Of a stretch of DNA of 64,000 nt, positions 62,278-64,000 are shown in pieces. The DNA comes from Lingula anatina (Eukaryota; Animalia; Brachiopoda). Both the position numbers and the translations under genes were made by a program. The notes beneath the pieces are model-generated. The model ran no database searches. It was not told the origin of the DNA and was given only the letters and a program-made list of their open reading frames with translations. How positions within the stretch are numbered: the first letter of the stretch is position 1; every line of letters starts with the position of its first letter. The stretch spans positions 16,988,001 through 17,052,000 of the forward strand of contig CM120645.1 in NCBI GenBank assembly GCA_051362555.1. The letters run 5' to 3'.

Positions 62278-64000
62278 CAAGGAGATGAGATTGTTGCTCT
62301 GTTGGTGAAATAGCAGACTTCCTGTGCAATGTAACACAACACCGACAAAGCCACACAGTGGCTCTGAAATTAGATGATTGAGTGACATGAAATTGTTTTT
62401 TTTTTTTTTTGTAAGACCAAATATAGCAAACAAGCGCCAGTAGTTGACCTTATCAAGCATAGCGTAGTAAGGAAAACTGGCAGCTAAACTTGAATTATGC
62501 AGGAACAGCTTCCATTATCATACTTTGCCCAAAATGTCTGAATGGCATATTTTGCTCAAGCCATCAAGTTTGTAGCAAATGAATGAAACTAGAATACACA
62601 AAAGGTTCAGAATAGTTGGAGGGTTGGAGTAAAGTGTGGGAAAATACTTTAGACCAAGTGCCATATGCCTGAGAACCCATCATGCATAGTTTTTATATGC
62701 CAGCATTTTTATTGTAGACTCTGAGCTGTAAGTATGTAAACTTTTATAATTATTTAAAAAAAGATTTGTGATAGCAAAGAATGTTATGTGACAAAGCGTA
62801 CAGTTAGTTGTGTTGTTTAGATGCTATGTTGTGTTTGTTTTTGTCTACTGTTTGTGTAAACAGTAGCTGGTATAGTATATTGAGAGATCTGTGATGTTGT
62901 AGTTCTACATTGAAAGAATGTGCAAAACTGTGATCAAGTTATTTTTAGTTAACAACATTTTGTTTTACAGTCAATGTTTTAATAAGAGTAATGGATATTT
63001 GAATGTAAACTCAAAGTTGATATTTTTGCTTGTGATGTATAAATATTATTGTCATTATCCAAATATATACAACATTTGTGTCTATAAAATGTTTTTGTTA
63101 TGTAAAACATCTAGCAAAGGACATAACAGTAACATCAACATTATGTCAACTGTAAACATGACGTTGCTGCTGATAATTATCTACAATCTATTAGACATAA
63201 TAATGCATATGCTTGAGCTTCAGCTAATTCAAGTTATAAATTTGTTATATTTGCCAGTTGTATAATGAACATGTACTTTACTTAATAGGTACTGGCACCA
63301 TGTATGTATTCATACTATACATTGGCAATTTCCAATAGAACCTGCTGAATTCAGCTACAATTCATAACAAATACTATCAAAATTTCAAACTGTTTTCTAG
63401 GTAAAAATGACACCAAGAGATTGCTTCCATTCAAGGTAAACAAAGACCTAAATGTTGCAAATTTTTAAAAAGTATGTTATCAGTAAAATTAGCCATTTTC
63501 ATTCAGAAAAAAAAAATGCTGTTATGAAATTAAACTTCACAACAGTTACATAATAATAACCTTTACAATAAGGTTGTTTCAAACTTCTTGAATATATATA
63601 TCTCACCATTAATCAAAATACTAAATCATTACAATCTTGTAAAACTTCTATCTGTATGCAAAATTTACAGATATAAATTATTAAATTCATAACATAATAT
63701 AGCGATTGATAGTGAAATCAAATATTGGCATAAGCTAAAAAATTAGCAAAACTTATCAGCACATAGCCTCGATATCACTGTAACTTAAAAGATGGTAGGA
63801 TTAACTGTGCTCAATAATATTATTCTACCATATTAAAGTATGCTGTATTACATAATTTCAGCTGAAATTGAAAAATTCAAAGGGCATCTCACATTTTTGA
63901 GTAATGTGGGAATCACTTGAATGTTTGACAATCATCAATCAGCTACCAGTATCTCTGTCAATCTTAGTCTAATTACAAATCAAATTAAATTTGATAGCAC

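Noticed and set aside
62918-63265. 115-aa ORF after the WD40 stop
   Set aside because: AT-rich 3' UTR/intergenic sequence with a chance open frame.

Overview
AT-rich, intron-rich animal DNA, probably a marine invertebrate (lophotrochozoan/mollusc-like; the taxon is inferred from repeat content and gene style only). Two spliced + strand genes can be rebuilt by hand with consistent intron phases. (1) 3175-10468: a 5-exon, ~510-aa predicted type II membrane immune receptor with the order Death domain - DZIP3-like HEPN - transmembrane helix - non-catalytic PGRP domain. This is the most interesting item in the window. (2) 24375-62277: a ~38-exon WD40-repeat gene resembling the WDR87/WDR97 family, with a long low-complexity C-terminus. 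One of its introns holds a young, 5'-truncated L1/Tx1-clade LINE on the minus strand with an intact ORF2, poly(A) and a TSD. The rest is many non-autonomous DNA transposons (PIF/Harbinger-like, hAT-like with 5-bp TSD, Academ-like foldback, MULE-like, decayed Tc1), microsatellites, and two 43-bp tandem arrays that multiply 5' splice sites. All domain and family calls come from motif recognition by eye; no database search was run.
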